From NCBI GenBank assembly GCA_951406725.2, contig OX597815.1:118978001-119042000 (forward strand): a stretch of DNA of 64,000 nucleotides. The letters run 5' to 3'. This document shows positions 27,161 through 40,590 of the stretch, piece by piece. The translations under genes were made by a program, and so were the position numbers. A model generated the notes under the pieces. The model worked only from the letters and a program-made list of their open reading frames with translations, searched no databases and was not told where the DNA came from. Positions within the stretch are counted from its first letter, which is position 1, and each line of letters opens with the position of its first letter. Source of the DNA: Octopus vulgaris (Eukaryota).

Positions 27161-27352
27161 CAAATTTGAACTTCCTTATATATATGACTTGAGCTCCTTA
27201 TATCTCCTGTGAGGTATGAATTTTGCTTCCCAACCATATGGTTACGGGTTCAGTCCCACTTCGTGGCACTTTAGGCAAGTGTCTTCCACTATAGCCTCGA
27301 GCTGATCACTCCTCGCCTGTGGATTTAGTTGAAGGAAACTAAAAGAAGTTTG

Positions 27353-27410
<58 letters not shown>

Positions 27411-27750
27411 GTGTGTGTGTGCGGGCGTGTGTGCGTGTGTGTATATGTATATATATGTATATATATGTGTGTATGTGTGTGTGCATGCCTGCACGTGTCA
27501 TTGTGTTTATGTCTTCCGTTTTCCACTGTCTAATGATCGGTGTTTGTATGTTTACACCATCGTTACCAAGCGCTTCGGCAAAAAGAGTTCGATAGAATTA
27601 GTACCAGATTAAAAAACAAAGTACTGAGGTCGATCAGTTCGACCAACTCAAGGTGGTGCTCCAGGTTGACCGCAGTCCTAGATAATACATACATACATAC
27701 ATACATACATACATACATACATACATACATACATACATACATACACACAT

Positions 27751-28112
27751 ACTGGAACTGTAAAAATCTGTAAAACTTTCCAGAAGTTTATCATTTAAAT
27801 ACACATGAGTACGTCTAGATATATATACATGAGAATACATACATAAAACATACAGATCTGCACATACATACATACATACATACATACATACATACATACA
27901 TACATACATACATACATAAACACACATACATATATATATGCATACATGCATGCATACATACATACATACATACATACATACATACAAACAAACAAACAAA
28001 AATACCCTGTTGTTGATGTTGAAATTCCAGTGAAGGAGCCTTGGCTCTAGGTTAAAAACCGGTTATTTCTCTATTGGCATAAAATCTTGAAATAAACTGA
28101 ATAATGACATAC
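27751..28112 (+). mobile_element. 3' end of the same R4/Dong family as 735..2326
   Basis: 27751-27860 matches the reverse complement of about 740-860 (TGTVKICKTFQKFII* plus 3' UTR). Preceded by (CATA)n and ending at ...aataatgacatacata. Confidence 0.75.
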
Positions 28113-29662
28113 ATATAATTCGATGTGCGAGTGCCTGTGTTTTCCTCCTCTCCTGCCTGAAAGGTGTTGGCTTCTTTACATTTCCCTAACTTAGCGGTCT
28201 GATAAGAGAGATCAATAGACTATGTACTAGACTTACATTAAAAAAATATGCGCTGGAGCCGATCTGTTCGAGTAAAACTTTTCAAGGTGGTGCTCCAGCT
28301 TGGTCGCTGTTAAGTAACTGAAACAAGATATAAAAGATATCGATAAACTATTAGTAATATTCCGAGATCTAAAGTATTGCTCATATAATTCATGTAAACT
28401 AATAATTACACTTGTGAAGGCGCATGGCCAAGTGGTTATAGCAGCGGACTCGCGGTCGAGAGATCGCGGGTTCGAATCTCAGACCGGGCGATGTGTATGT
28501 CTATGAGCGAAACACCTAAGCTCCACGCGGTTCCAGCTGAAGGTAATGGCGAGCTTCTGCTGACTCTTTCGTCACAACTTTCTTTCACTCTTTCCTCCTG
28601 CATTTAGCAGCTCACCTGCGACGGACCGGAGTCCTGTCCAGGTGGGGAACCTATACGCTAATGAAACCAGGAAACCGGCCCTTATGAGCCAGGCATTGCT
28701 CGAGAAGGAACAAACAACGACAATAATCATACTCATAAGATATTCATGACAGATGCGGCGATTGGTTTGTACCATTCACAGATACATCTATAACATATAA
28801 TGCCTATATGTTATAATGTCTACAATATTACGCCATATTAAAAAGACTTGCACCTAACAGAGAAAATATTTTATTGCATCATTTTATGTTGTGCAATGTG
28901 TTACCGATATATCCTTGATTCATACAATCCAATCGTCGCACTTGTGTAAAACTGATGGGAGCGGATATTAGTGCATGAGTTGCGAGTACATGAGTTGTTT
29001 ACTTAGCAATAAATTACAGAAATAAATCAATTAGAAAATAAATCACAAAATAATCTCTTCGTTCGACATTTCTGCAACATTTTATGTGCATAGAAACTTC
29101 TTCCTCGCTAGTTTTTGTTCATAAAGTATTTTGTAACTTCCCCTGTTCCCAAACGGCGAAAAATCCGCGATGTACTGAGGGTGCGATAGGTGAACTGCGA
29201 TATGGTAAGTGGTAACTGTACACCTATCTAATTAACAAAACAATGTATACGATAGGTTATTTTTGAATTTAAACATATTTTTCTCTAAATCTATTTCAAC
29301 CTGTCGTATTACATTACATATGCAAGACCCTACTATCTGAATTTAACATCTCTCTTTGTCTTTAAGATTTTCTCCTTCTGGTTAATATACGTCAATTTAT
29401 ACTGCCGACTCCTGGTATTCATATTTTTTTTATTTTAATTATTTCTGAGGTAAAATTAGCATTTTGATGCCAAAACTTAATGAATTAATAAATAAAAAAC
29501 ACAGTACAGTACTGCACTGTATAACACATTAATTAAAATATATTAAAAGAAAATAGTAGTCTACTGTAGATGAGTAAACAAAGAATCGCACATACTGTAT
29601 GGAAAATGAAACTCAGGAGGCGAGTAAGTGGTGTTGTTTCCATTCATAATAAAATAAGTATA

Positions 29663-30524
29663 CGAGGTCTGATCAATAAGTATCAGGACGGTTGCCATAG
29701 TAACGAAGCTAAAGCGCGCAGCGCGAAGCTGCTGGGCAAAGATTGACCTTGAACTCTACTGTGCATGCGCACTAAGTTTTAACGTTCTAGCTCACTTCTA
29801 CTGTTTACAACAGTGTTTGGAAGGAAGGTGTGTAGCGTGTGATCGTCGCATTGACCATGACAGAGAAAGTTGTCATGACAATACCTGCTCAGAGGCCTAC
29901 GCAAAGTAGTAGAAAGTGTATGGAGAGGAGTGTATGAGCCGCACACAAGTGGACGAGTGGTTCAGATATATCCAAGATGGCCGAAAAAATGTCGATACTG
30001 ACGAACGTTATGGGAAAAATATCGCAGATGTCCGAGCAGCTGTGAGTGGAAATCGTCGAATCACCACCCGTGAGTTATCAGAAGATGTGCAGATTGGTTA
30101 CGATTCAGTTCAGTTCTTTATCACCGAAGATTTGGGTATGAGACGCGTGTCTGCCAAGTTTGTGCCAAAACTGCTTTCAGCTGGCCAAAGAGACACTCGG
30201 GTTTCAGTTGCACAAGATCTCCTTGATTGTGTTGAGAACTTTTTGAAAACTTTGCGTAGGCCTCTGAGCAGGTTTCGCCAAGTTTTTGGCAAAATTTGAT
30301 GCAGATTCTCTCCTCCACTTTCACTGTTATGGTCAGTGCGACGATCACACACTACACACGTTCCTTCCAAGTACTGCTGTAAACAGCGAAAGGGAACTAT
30401 AACGTTAAAACTTAGTGCGCATACACAGCAGAATACAAGATCAATCTGTGCCAAGCGGTTTCAGTTAGCGTGTTTTAGCTTCGTTACTATGGCAATAGAC
30501 CGGATACTTATTGATCAGACCACG
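29663..30524 (+). mobile_element. mariner-derived non-autonomous element with long inverted arms
   Basis: TA target duplications; termini cgaggtctgatcaataagtatc / gatacttattgatcagaccacg. Internal YGEECMSRTQVDEWF...RRITTREL...LGMRRVSAKFVPKLL (mariner HTH plus linker). Confidence 0.9.
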
Positions 30525-30781
30525 TATACAAATAAAAATAATAAAGAATATACAGTACAGTACAGTTTCAACTTCTCAGATTTTCACCTATTGCAGGGGG
30601 TTTTGGAATGCAACACCCGCGATAGTCGAGGGATTATTGTATAAGGTGGTGAGCTGGCTGAATCGTTAACATGCCGGACAAAACGCTTAGCGGCATTTTC
30701 TCCGTCTTTACGGTCTGAGCCCAAGTTCTTGGGTCGACTTGCCTCTCACCCTTTCGCTTGTACTTTCTAAAGCCTTAAATT

Positions 30782-30817
<36 letters not shown>

Positions 30818-30844
30818 GGAGAGCGATTGACCTAGCGTTTAGTG

Positions 30845-31294
30845 CAGCACTGGGTTAACCCGTTAAACAAAATAAGTACATGCTTAGGGCACCAAGAAGT
30901 GGGGGCACCACAGAAATAAAAATGGTTTATGGCACGAAAGAAATCACTTTAAACTTGCTAAGATAATATTCGTAATGCCTTATCCCTACTACTTAGAGAA
31001 GCAGAAATTTTACGTAAAATGAATTTTAATATCATTGAACACTTTAAAAATTTTAAAAAGAAAAACGGAGAAAATTTTTCAAATATAAATAAAATGGAAG
31101 CAAACAAAAATAAACATTATTTTCCATTTTACTGTTAGTTTTGTTTCATTTTGAAAAATTAAAATTTATTTTATAGTTTATTATCGTTTACGTTTCAAAT
31201 TATTTTTGTTTACATTTTGAACCATTTACATATACTTGAGGGCACCAAAACCTTTTAAGTGCTTAGGGCCTCTATGGGTTTTAATCCGATCCTG
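30845..31294. mobile_element. hAT-type MITE inserted in a SINE head
   Basis: Imperfect TIRs cagcactgggttaa / ttaatccgatcctg; 8-bp target duplication gtttagtg / gtttaggg. Confidence 0.75.
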
Positions 31295-31601
31295 GTTTAG
31301 GGCGTTGCACTCACGATCGCGAGATTGGGGTTTTAAATCCAGGATCTAGTGGTCCGTTGTGGTCTTGCGCAAAACGCTTCATCCCACGTTGCTCTGCGAC
31401 CATTTCGACATCTGACGCGCGTGGTACACCATGCACCTGTCCAGGCAACGTCGATTTGATGGAGGGAGTGAGCTAATGTGCAGCACGAACATTTGATTAT
31501 TATAACCCAAATCACGTATGCAGGTTGTTCAGCAAGAAATTGCAGAACTGTCTTTCTCAGACTACTACACACACTCATACACACATGCACACACACGCAC
31601 A

Positions 31602-31673
<72 letters not shown>

Positions 31674-32675
31674 ACACACACACACACAAACACACGCTAA
31701 TATTCGTGGCATACTAAGACACCCCTTGCTGTCCACTGTTTCAGAACTACTGCTCTTTCGTATGTATGTATACATTCAAGCACATACATAGATGCGCGAA
31801 GTTGTGCGTGTGTATGTAAGATTGTGTGCGTGTGATGCGTGCGTGTGCATATTAACATGCATTTACTGCTATACACTGATGTTCACGTGTTGTCACATGT
31901 TCCTGTAACAATGCCTATTAATGTCTCTTCCCTAAACCTTCAACAATTAATATTAGTGAAAGCAGCCAAAAAAGTGTCGAAGGGTATAGTTTCATATTTC
32001 CACATTTTGATTTCATGATTTCAGATTTCGTTAACGTTGACATTTGACCTTTCTGTAGTCGATGAGATCCTTTTCAGACACGTCCTGGAATTGCTTTAAT
32101 AGTCTCGAGCTATGTCTGTTGGTGTACAGCTTTGTAAGAATGTAAGAAAGTAATAAAAATGTTGGTGAATTACTAATTGACGGAAAATATTAGAGTTAAT
32201 ACGTATGAGTTTTCAAATGACTGGTATATCTTTTTATTTATTTATGAATCTCTCTATACATACATACATACATACATACATACATACATACATACATACA
32301 TACATACATACATACCTGTGTGTATGTGTATAGTCAGTTGGTGAGAACATTTGCCAATCTTCTCTTGGAAAGAGAAGCCAGACTTGCTGTAATATCTTCA
32401 TTTGATTGGTCACCTGATGCATACCTGTGATATTGTGGACAAATCACTTGTAAATTATGGTTATTACATAACTCTTGGCTTCTTGAAACAGCTGTCAAGA
32501 TAAAGCATTATATAATATCTACATATATTTTAAAAATTTTATTGTCATTCTGTATTTTTTGTACTACATGTAAATATACGTATCAAGTCTAATTGTGTTT
32601 ATCTAACTTACTACCTCTCACCTCTTCACCGGATCGGCTTATTAATATATATATATACATATGTATATATATATA

Positions 32676-32716
<41 letters not shown>

Positions 32717-32988
32717 AGATAGATAGATACACACACACATACATACATGCATACATACATGCATACATGCATACATACATACATACATACATACATACAT
32801 ACATACATACATACATACATACATACATGCATACATACATACATAACAATAATAAAATAAAGCAACAGTCAAATTATTGGGGTCGATACAATCAACCACA
32901 CCAGTTCCAAAAATATCTGGCCTTGTTCATATATTCCTTTACGAGCGTTGGGCCTTATTACTTCTTAATTTTGTAATTATATTTTCAG

Positions 32989-33196
32989 AACTTCTGGAAA
33001 TGCAGCATATATTCTTGGAATTTTGGCAGAAACTGAACAAGGATTTGAAAGAATTTACTCCATTGGAAATAAAACGTCTTCGTTAGAATCGGTCAACAGT
33101 TGCACAACTACTTTGATGCTGGATTCTTTGGTCAGCTTACTTGCGTCAAGTGATCCTGAGAATGTAATGAACGCCTCAGGCACATTAGGAATTTTG
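32989..33196 (+). CDS. ARM-repeat/FN3 gene, exon 2
   Basis: attttcag| acceptor, TTG|gtgagc donor, phase 2 to 0. (R)TSGNAAYILGILAETEQG...LVSLLASSDPENVMNASGTLGIL contains two ARM helix-3-like N-A-x-x-x-L-G-x-L motifs. Confidence 0.9.
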
Positions 33197-33249
33197 GTGA
33201 GCTGTCTGGTTGATCATCTTTCATTCAAATGGTCTTTACCTTTCATGTA

Positions 33250-33900
33250 ACTTTCATTTAAAAGCTCTTTATCTTCAGCAACTGACAAGCCCATCTGTAG
33301 TATTGAGTAGAATATTTGCTGTACCCCATCTTTTGCAGCAAGAGAATAGATGTACACGTCAACAGTTTCAATCAGTTAAGATCAGAAACCATGAGAGCCA
33401 CTGCCTGGTATTACATCAGGGTTGCATTGGGTACCACGTATACATATGCTGCCTTTCTGTAAGTTTGAAAACAGTTGTTAATCTGCTCTTTCGAAATATG
33501 CTGCAATGAGATGAGGGGATAAGTAGGACTGGCACACCATACACCTGCGCATTGAGTGGTCCACAGTACATGGATTTCAGAAATATGAATATCATAGCAT
33601 GGAATATTGCCATGGACGTTGACTCTTGGTCTGATGTCACTTTTTCAACACAGAACGGACATGTGGTGATCGTGGAGGCGAACTCCAACAGAATATGGCC
33701 ATGTAGATTCCGTACCGACCTCTGATTTGTAATGACCTTGAAGCCACATAATGTCTACCTCAAAGCTATAGCTCACCGAGGGAGTGGAGACAAGGTTACT
33801 CAGACTGATGGACTGTAGGTCTAGATACTATATATGTGGTAATAAAGACCACTTGGGAGCCTATAACAAAAGAGGATTGCAGATAGCAGCAGCGACAACA
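33250..33900 (-). mobile_element. highly decayed LINE fragment (APE endonuclease region)
   Basis: Minus-strand RNLHGHILLEFAS resembles the N..G..L.EF motif of LINE APE domains; the remainder is disrupted. Confidence 0.4.
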
Positions 33901-34149
33901 ACAACAACAATTGCAAGCCTCACCCTAGACGTGAAAGACATTTAGGTTTTTAGCTACCGCTGTTTTCAAAGCACCATTGTTTGCTAGAAGCAAATGAAAT
34001 TAGCCCATTCCCAATGCCACCAGTAACTAGTTCGTTTAACATCTACTCGTGAATATTATAACTATGGTTTATTATTGAGATAGTTAAAGTGTTAAAACTT
34101 TTTACTTTATTTATTGCATTCAACTCTGCTTTATATAATAATCTAATGC

Positions 34150-35150
34150 ATCTATTAATCTTTTCTTTCATTTGTATGTGTTGTACACTGTCAACTTCAT
34201 TAATCTTTAAGTATTAGTATGCTTGTGTTCAACGTAATTTTCTCGTCCAACTTTCTTTATCAGTATGATATTAATATCTTCAATTATTTTTGTCAGTTTC
34301 TTTATAAGCATGATATTGATTATGGTTGCCTTAGCGCATTTTTCTAATCCAAATCTCATCTCCATTTTCCTAATAAATGCCCGTGTTTTCTCCTTCTAAT
34401 TGCTTATCAATTACATGTTACATCTTGAGTTCGTTCCTACACAGAAAATGCTTGATTGTCCTACCATAGCATTTGTATTCAAGTCCAGTTTAACATAGCA
34501 GTTAAAAGGGTTAGCACTAGATAGAAAAATAACGGAGAGGGAGTCATTTCAAACATTCCTCTTCTCATGGAAATAGGTCTAGTTTTCATAAATCCCTCTT
34601 TTAATTGTATCTGCACAATAGTTTACCATTTGCTTATGACGTGTTTCATGAGACTTCTTATTACTAGTGTTACCTTACTCATGGCTAATTATACAAGGAT
34701 CTACGTGTAGGGAATGATATCAAAAGCCTCCTAGTAGTCACTACATGCCATGCTCAGACTCTTCTTTCTTCCCCTGCACAGTTTTCGATTATGGCTTTGT
34801 TGATTAGTAATTGATGTTTTCTGTAATATGAGCCTTTGGAACATCCTTTTTATTTTTTTACTTCTGGAAACAGACCGTTTTTTGCCTTAGTGTTTACTTA
34901 CTCTCTGCGATATTATTGCAGAAAAAGTTTTGTGAGTTGTGGAAAAGCAGGTTATGGATCTGTAGTTTTAGGGCTTACTGTGTTTTTAATCCTGGGAATT
35001 ATTGTGGGTTTTTTTCTTCTCAATGAACTAGTCCGGGAGCCTCAAGCTAACTTCCAACCGTAACCACCCCGACTTATGTTCAGGATTAATGCATTCAGGA
35101 CTATATTATTTATTGTACCCTTTCTTTTCTTAAGATGATTGGATATGATT
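34150..35150 (-). mobile_element. old R4/Dong-like reverse transcriptase fragment
   Basis: Minus-strand remnants KGCSKGSY, HQLLITKAIIENC, DY.EAFD, DSLS and MRFGLEKCAK, with many stops and frameshifts. Confidence 0.7.
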
Positions 35151-35421
35151 CCAGGGAAATTTAACTGCTCCTTCCCTGGCTTATTGGAGCTGGTTTTTTT
35201 TATTACTGACATCAAATAACTATTTCTTTCTTACTCATTTTCACCCCGGTGATGTAAAGAAAGATGTCGCCTACTTTTGGAAGGTGCATATAATATATGC
35301 CTAGTTTTCTTCTGTCAAATCAGAACAATGATCTTTACAAAGCTAATGTTCAGAAAAAGGAGATATTCCTTACGCCATACTCTTTTTCCCATTTAAAAGT
35401 CACTTATTTTATTCAATGCAG

Positions 35422-35552
35422 GCAGAATCTCAAAGAGGTCGTGACTGGATGCTCGAATCCCGGTGTATTAGTTCCATGATCGACACTGTGACGTCACTGC
35501 TTACGTCAGAGAATTTGTGGACATCAAGTAATTGTGCTCTTATATTAGCTCG
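35422..35552 (+). CDS. ARM-repeat/FN3 gene, exon 3
   Basis: ttcaatgcag| acceptor, CG|gtgagt donor, phase 0 to 2. AESQRGRDWMLESRCISSMIDTVTSLLTSENLWTSSNCALILA(R). Confidence 0.9.
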
Positions 35553-35824
35553 GTGAGTATAGGGATAAATTAACAATGCTTAAACGATTTAATTATTAAT
35601 GCATTGGATACTGTACGCCACAAAATTCCTTATTAACTTGAAATTTCGTCTTTCGTTGGAGAAAGAAAACAAAAACCTAATGGTATTTGTTTACAACTTT
35701 TTAAGATAAATGATCTCACATGACACATTCTCTTTTCAAGAACCATACATACGCTTTTGACGACCTCTCAAACTAGCATGAATAAGCATGCGTGCGTATG
35801 TATAAGTGCATGTGAACATACGTA

Positions 35825-35880
<56 letters not shown>

Positions 35881-36464
35881 CATACATACATACATACATA
35901 CATACATACATACATACATACATACATACATACATACATGCATACATACATACTGTAAAATATATATAAGTTTGTTTAAATATGACTATACTTTGAATAC
36001 TGAGTCCACCAATCAGTAAATATTCTCATGTTATTCTTACAGTTGTTTTAAAACAATCCATTTTACAAGAGGCACAAAGCCTGAAATTGTAGGGGACAAG
36101 CTACTCTTGTAATTAACTGGTATTTATTTCATCGAACCGGAAAGAGTGAAAAGCACAGTAGACCTCGGCGGCCCTTGAACTCAGAACGGAAAGACAGACA
36201 AAATGTCACTGAGTATTTTGTCCGGCATGCAAACGATTCTGCCCACTTGCTGCCTTAGAATTGCATTAAAGTAATGAACTCAGTTTACGCACACACGTAC
36301 ATATACACATACATGTTTGCATGTAAATTTGTGCGTGTGTGTGAGTAAATGAATGTGTGTGCATGTGTGTGAGTGAGTAAATAAATGTGTGTGCATGTGT
36401 GTGTGTGCGTGTGTGCGTGAACGGCGTGCACATATTAAAGATATGATTGACATAATAAAAATAA

Positions 36465-36720
36465 ATAAATGCGCCCTTTTAAAGCCTAGCCAGGCTCATG
36501 GGCCCGGTTTCCCGGTTTCAATGACGTATGTGTTCCCCAGCTGGACGGGACGCCACTCCATCGCAGCATTACTCAATTTTGCCAGCTGAGTAGACTGGAG
36601 CAACGTGAAATGAAGTGTTTTGCTCAAGAACAAACACAACGCGTCGCCCGGTCCAGGAATCGAAACCACAATCTTGCGATCGTGATGCTGACACCCTAAC
36701 CACTAAGCCACGCGCCTCCA
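36465..36720 (-). mobile_element. third tRNA-derived SINE group (ggcgcgtggcttagtggtta head; representative copy)
   Basis: A/B-box head plus ttgagcaaaacacttcatttcacgttgctcc. Related heads at about 16330-16555(-), 17590-17885(-), 23348, 23850, 24434, 28418, 30817/31295, 37640-37930(-), 46490-46810(-). Confidence 0.8.
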
Positions 36721-37310
36721 CGTGATTGACACAGACGTTCCTAAATATCCGTGTACACTTGAGCATGGACGGGCACATACAAACACACACACACACACAC
36801 ACATCCCGAAATAATCTTAAAACCATTATTAAATTTAATATTAATCCAGTGATGTATTTATTTACTCAAACCCCAGCCTTACTACACTTTATTGTTGCTA
36901 CTGTGACTTCTGTTTTTGCCAAAGTCATTATTATTGCTACTGTTTTAATATTTGATTTGGTCAGCTTCCGTTATACTTTATACAAACAAGATTTCGCACT
37001 AAAACTAACTATACCAATCTTGTGAAAACATTATCTGTTGAAAACACAACCAGTTTAATCCCCTTCTCATCGTATAGATTATATAGATTTGTCATTCACT
37101 GTAGAATTTCATGCTATATATGTTGTTTTACTAGCTGTGATAAACGTCTCTTGCAGGGATGCTGAAATGTGGTTCTTTATTAAGTAGTGGCAAAAGAGAA
37201 GCAACCAAATGGTAAAGCTATACTTGAATGATAAAGTATAGCTGACATCCATCCTTCTTGTCAATGCATGTAATACGAAAATGTGGTCATTTCAAAGTAA
37301 GGGATGTGCC

Positions 37311-37357
<47 letters not shown>

Positions 37358-37536
37358 TGTGTGTGAGTGTATGTGTATACACACACACACACATATATAT
37401 ACACACACGCACCTGTTTAGGCAACATTGATTTGATGGAGGGAGTGAGCTAATGTACACCACACACGTTTAATCAGAATAAACAAATTATTTGTGCAGGT
37501 CGTTCGGCAATATATATATATATATATTAACAAAAC

Positions 37537-37572
37537 TGTCCGACGAACGGGAACGTGAAACTCTGAGTAACA
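37537..37572 (+). ncRNA. minimal hammerhead-like motif with CCGACGA core
   Basis: TGT-CCGACGA-ACG ggaa CGT-GAAA-CTCTGAG-TA-ACA: all three stems plus GUA triplet; U4C core change. Confidence 0.55.
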
Positions 37573-37605
37573 TCTTTTGTTATATTTCTGCTGCTTTTAA
37601 ATGAA

Positions 37606-37641
<36 letters not shown>

Positions 37642-38487
37642 CATGGACTCTTCCGTCGAAGACGAGATATGATTCTACTGCCAAACAATCTGCACAAATG
37701 ATTTGTTTATTCTGATTAGACGTGTGTGCTGTGCATTAGCTCACTCCCTCCATCAAATCGATGTTGCCTGAACAGGGGCCTGGTGTACCACACGTCAGGT
37801 GACGAAGTGACTGCCAAGCAATGTGAGATGAAGATTTTGCTCAAGCACACAACACACCACCCGGTCTAGGAATTGAAACCGCGATCTCGCGATCGTAAGT
37901 GAAAAATCCCTAACCACTAGGTCATGTGTCCCCACGTATGTGTGTGCGTGCGTGTAGGGTATAATAATGCCTGGATATTTTATATATTTTATACAAATTT
38001 ACATGTAAAACAATTAAAAAATAAATTGTTTTATTTTCCATGCTATTTGGAACCGCACACTAGCTTTTCGTAAAGGTGATTCTTTTTAAATGAAGTATTT
38101 TAATAACCCCACTGTTCCAGTATAAAGTATACTGGTGTATTGAGTGAGTGTGCACGGTTGAGGGAGAGAACGAACTAGTAAGATGCAAAGAAAGAAGGAG
38201 AGAGAGCATACCATTGCATTACAGCTATCAACCTTTCAACACCTCTGTATTTGAATCTTCCCCGCTTTACCGCAGTGTCTTGCATTTTCTTTCTTTATAG
38301 CAGGCGTGGCTGTGTGGTAAGAAACTTGCTTCCCAACCACCTGATTCTGGATTCGGCACCTTGAGCAAGTGTCTTCTACTATAGCCTCGGACCGACCAAA
38401 ACTTTGTAAGCGCATTTGGTTGACGGAAACTGAAATGAGCTGTCGCATACATGCATACATACATACATACATACATACATACATACA

Positions 38488-38629
<142 letters not shown>

Positions 38630-38918
38630 CAATGAGAATATTCAAACCCATTACAGGGATATATATCCAAAGACACACTGGTTTAATATATTAAATTTTG
38701 AAGAGATAATCTTTCAATGAATATATTATATAGAATATTGTAAGATATCAAGCATTTTTATTGACTTAGAAAACAGATCTAATGGATGTAAATTAATTTA
38801 TTAATTAATCAATATGTTAACCAACCATCTTATTAGAGAAATGAAACAAGTGTTGGTTAACATGTTGATTAATTAAATTAATTTGTATCTATTAGATCTC
38901 TCAAATAGACACGTACAC

Positions 38919-38949
<31 letters not shown>

Positions 38950-38973
38950 TGTATGTATGTATGTATGTATGTA

Positions 38974-39857
38974 CTAGCTGACGTACCCAGTAATTCCCGG
39001 AAAAGCGGAGCTTATCCCTTGGTTCCGTTCTCATAATTGTTTCGCTAATCCAATAACAACAACACAAAGTATGTAACCCTTAAAACGATTTTTGTGCATT
39101 TACAGAGAATACCGAACTGTCTTACACAGGATCTTGTTGTTAGGAATTCCCAATTTGCTATGAATACCTAAATTGTTATGAATGCCCAAATTGTGAAATC
39201 CGTTATGTAATAAGATGAAATTAGTTACCCGACAGTAAGAATTCAAATAAAGTAGCGTCAAAAACGACTTCAATGCATTCCCAGAGTATATAGAACTTAG
39301 GAGGAAATACTAAGGTATGTATACTAAAGTTGTGGGGCATGTTACGTAATAGCAGGATAATCAGATATGAGATAATGACATTTCAAAGTAAATAAATCTG
39401 AGAAGGGCTTTGGTGCGTTCCCAGAGAATATTATCCTCAGCGGCGCTAGTGTTGGTATATTCGTGAATAATTCACTAACCGAAATAAGTGGATCTATTGT
39501 TTGGGAAAATACTATTTACTTGGGTAAAGGTTGTACTGGATAAATTGCGAAAATAACTCTAACAGTTCAAATACTAAGAAATAAGCATACTCAATTTGAT
39601 TTATACCAAATGATTTAGGAGAATAAATGAGTTACTTCCCCTGGCTATTAATATGGAATATATTAGATATATATATAAGGATACCTTCCAGTGGCCTTAT
39701 TATCGATTTTTTTCAATAATATGTGTATGCCATGAGGTTTCCAGACATGAGTTCTACTCGCATGCCTAGTTTCATCAAAATCGATAAAACGATGTAGGAG
39801 GAGTTAACTAACAACTCCACAAGCACATCCACGGACAGAATTACCCACATATGTAGA
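38974..39857 (-). mobile_element. non-autonomous Helitron inserted in (TATG)n
   Basis: A|TC start and CTAG|T end on the minus strand. Shares a gtttcatca.aatcg motif near the 5' end with the 45429 element. (TATG)n on both sides. Confidence 0.65.
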
Positions 39858-40370
39858 TGTATGTATGCATGTATGTATGTATGTATGTATGTATGTATGT
39901 ATGTATGTATGTATGCATGTATGTATGTATGTATGCATGTATATGTGTGTGTGCGTCTGTATTTGTCCCCCCATCATCACTTGACAACTGGTTCAACAAA
40001 GAGCAGTAGCATAAGTACTAGACTTAAAAAATAAGTTCTAGGGTAGAATTGGTCGACAAAAACACTTCAAGGCGGTACTCCAGCCTTGAAGTGTTTTTGA
40101 ATAAAAGAATATATAATTCTAGGATGATTTTGAATTTCTTTTATCTTTTCTTGTACCTTTTACTTGTTTCAATCATTGGACGACAGCCATGCTGAGGCAC
40201 CGCCTTGAAGGATTTTAGTCAAACACATCGACCCCTTTAGTTATGTTTTTGTTTTATCTTTTTAAAGTCTGGTGCTTGCTTTATCAATATCTTTTACTGA
40301 ACTGCTAAGTTATTGCACGTAAACAAACCAACACAGGTGACAGCATCGATAGAAAACACAAAAACATATA

Positions 40371-40590
40371 AGGCGGCGAGCTGGCAGAAACGTTAGTACG
40401 CCGGGCGAAAAGCTTAGCGGTATTTCGTCTGCCGTTACGTTCTGAGTTCAAATTCCGCCGATGTCGACTTTACCTTTCATCCTTTCGGGGTTGATAAATT
40501 AAGTACCAGATACGCACTGGGGTAGATATAATCGACTTAATCCCTTTGTCTGTCCTTGCTTGTCCCCTTGTGGGCAATAAAGAAATAAGA
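40371..40590 (+). mobile_element. tRNA-derived SINE with Meta-like central domain (representative copy)
   Basis: ggcggcgagctggcagaa...gagttcaaattcc (B box)...gtcgactttacctttcatcctttcgggg..gataaa..aagtacca. Other copies at about 3478-3708(-), 14147-14562(-, dimer), 14585-14780(-), 17075-17290(-), 17320-17490(+), 20168-20380(+), 36060-36256(-), 50118-50328(-), 50385-50585(-), 58338-58525(-). Confidence 0.85.

Noticed and set aside
28418-28495. tRNA-like sequence with good A and B boxes
   Set aside because: No proper acceptor stem or terminator; it continues into a SINE body shared with other copies, so it is a SINE head.
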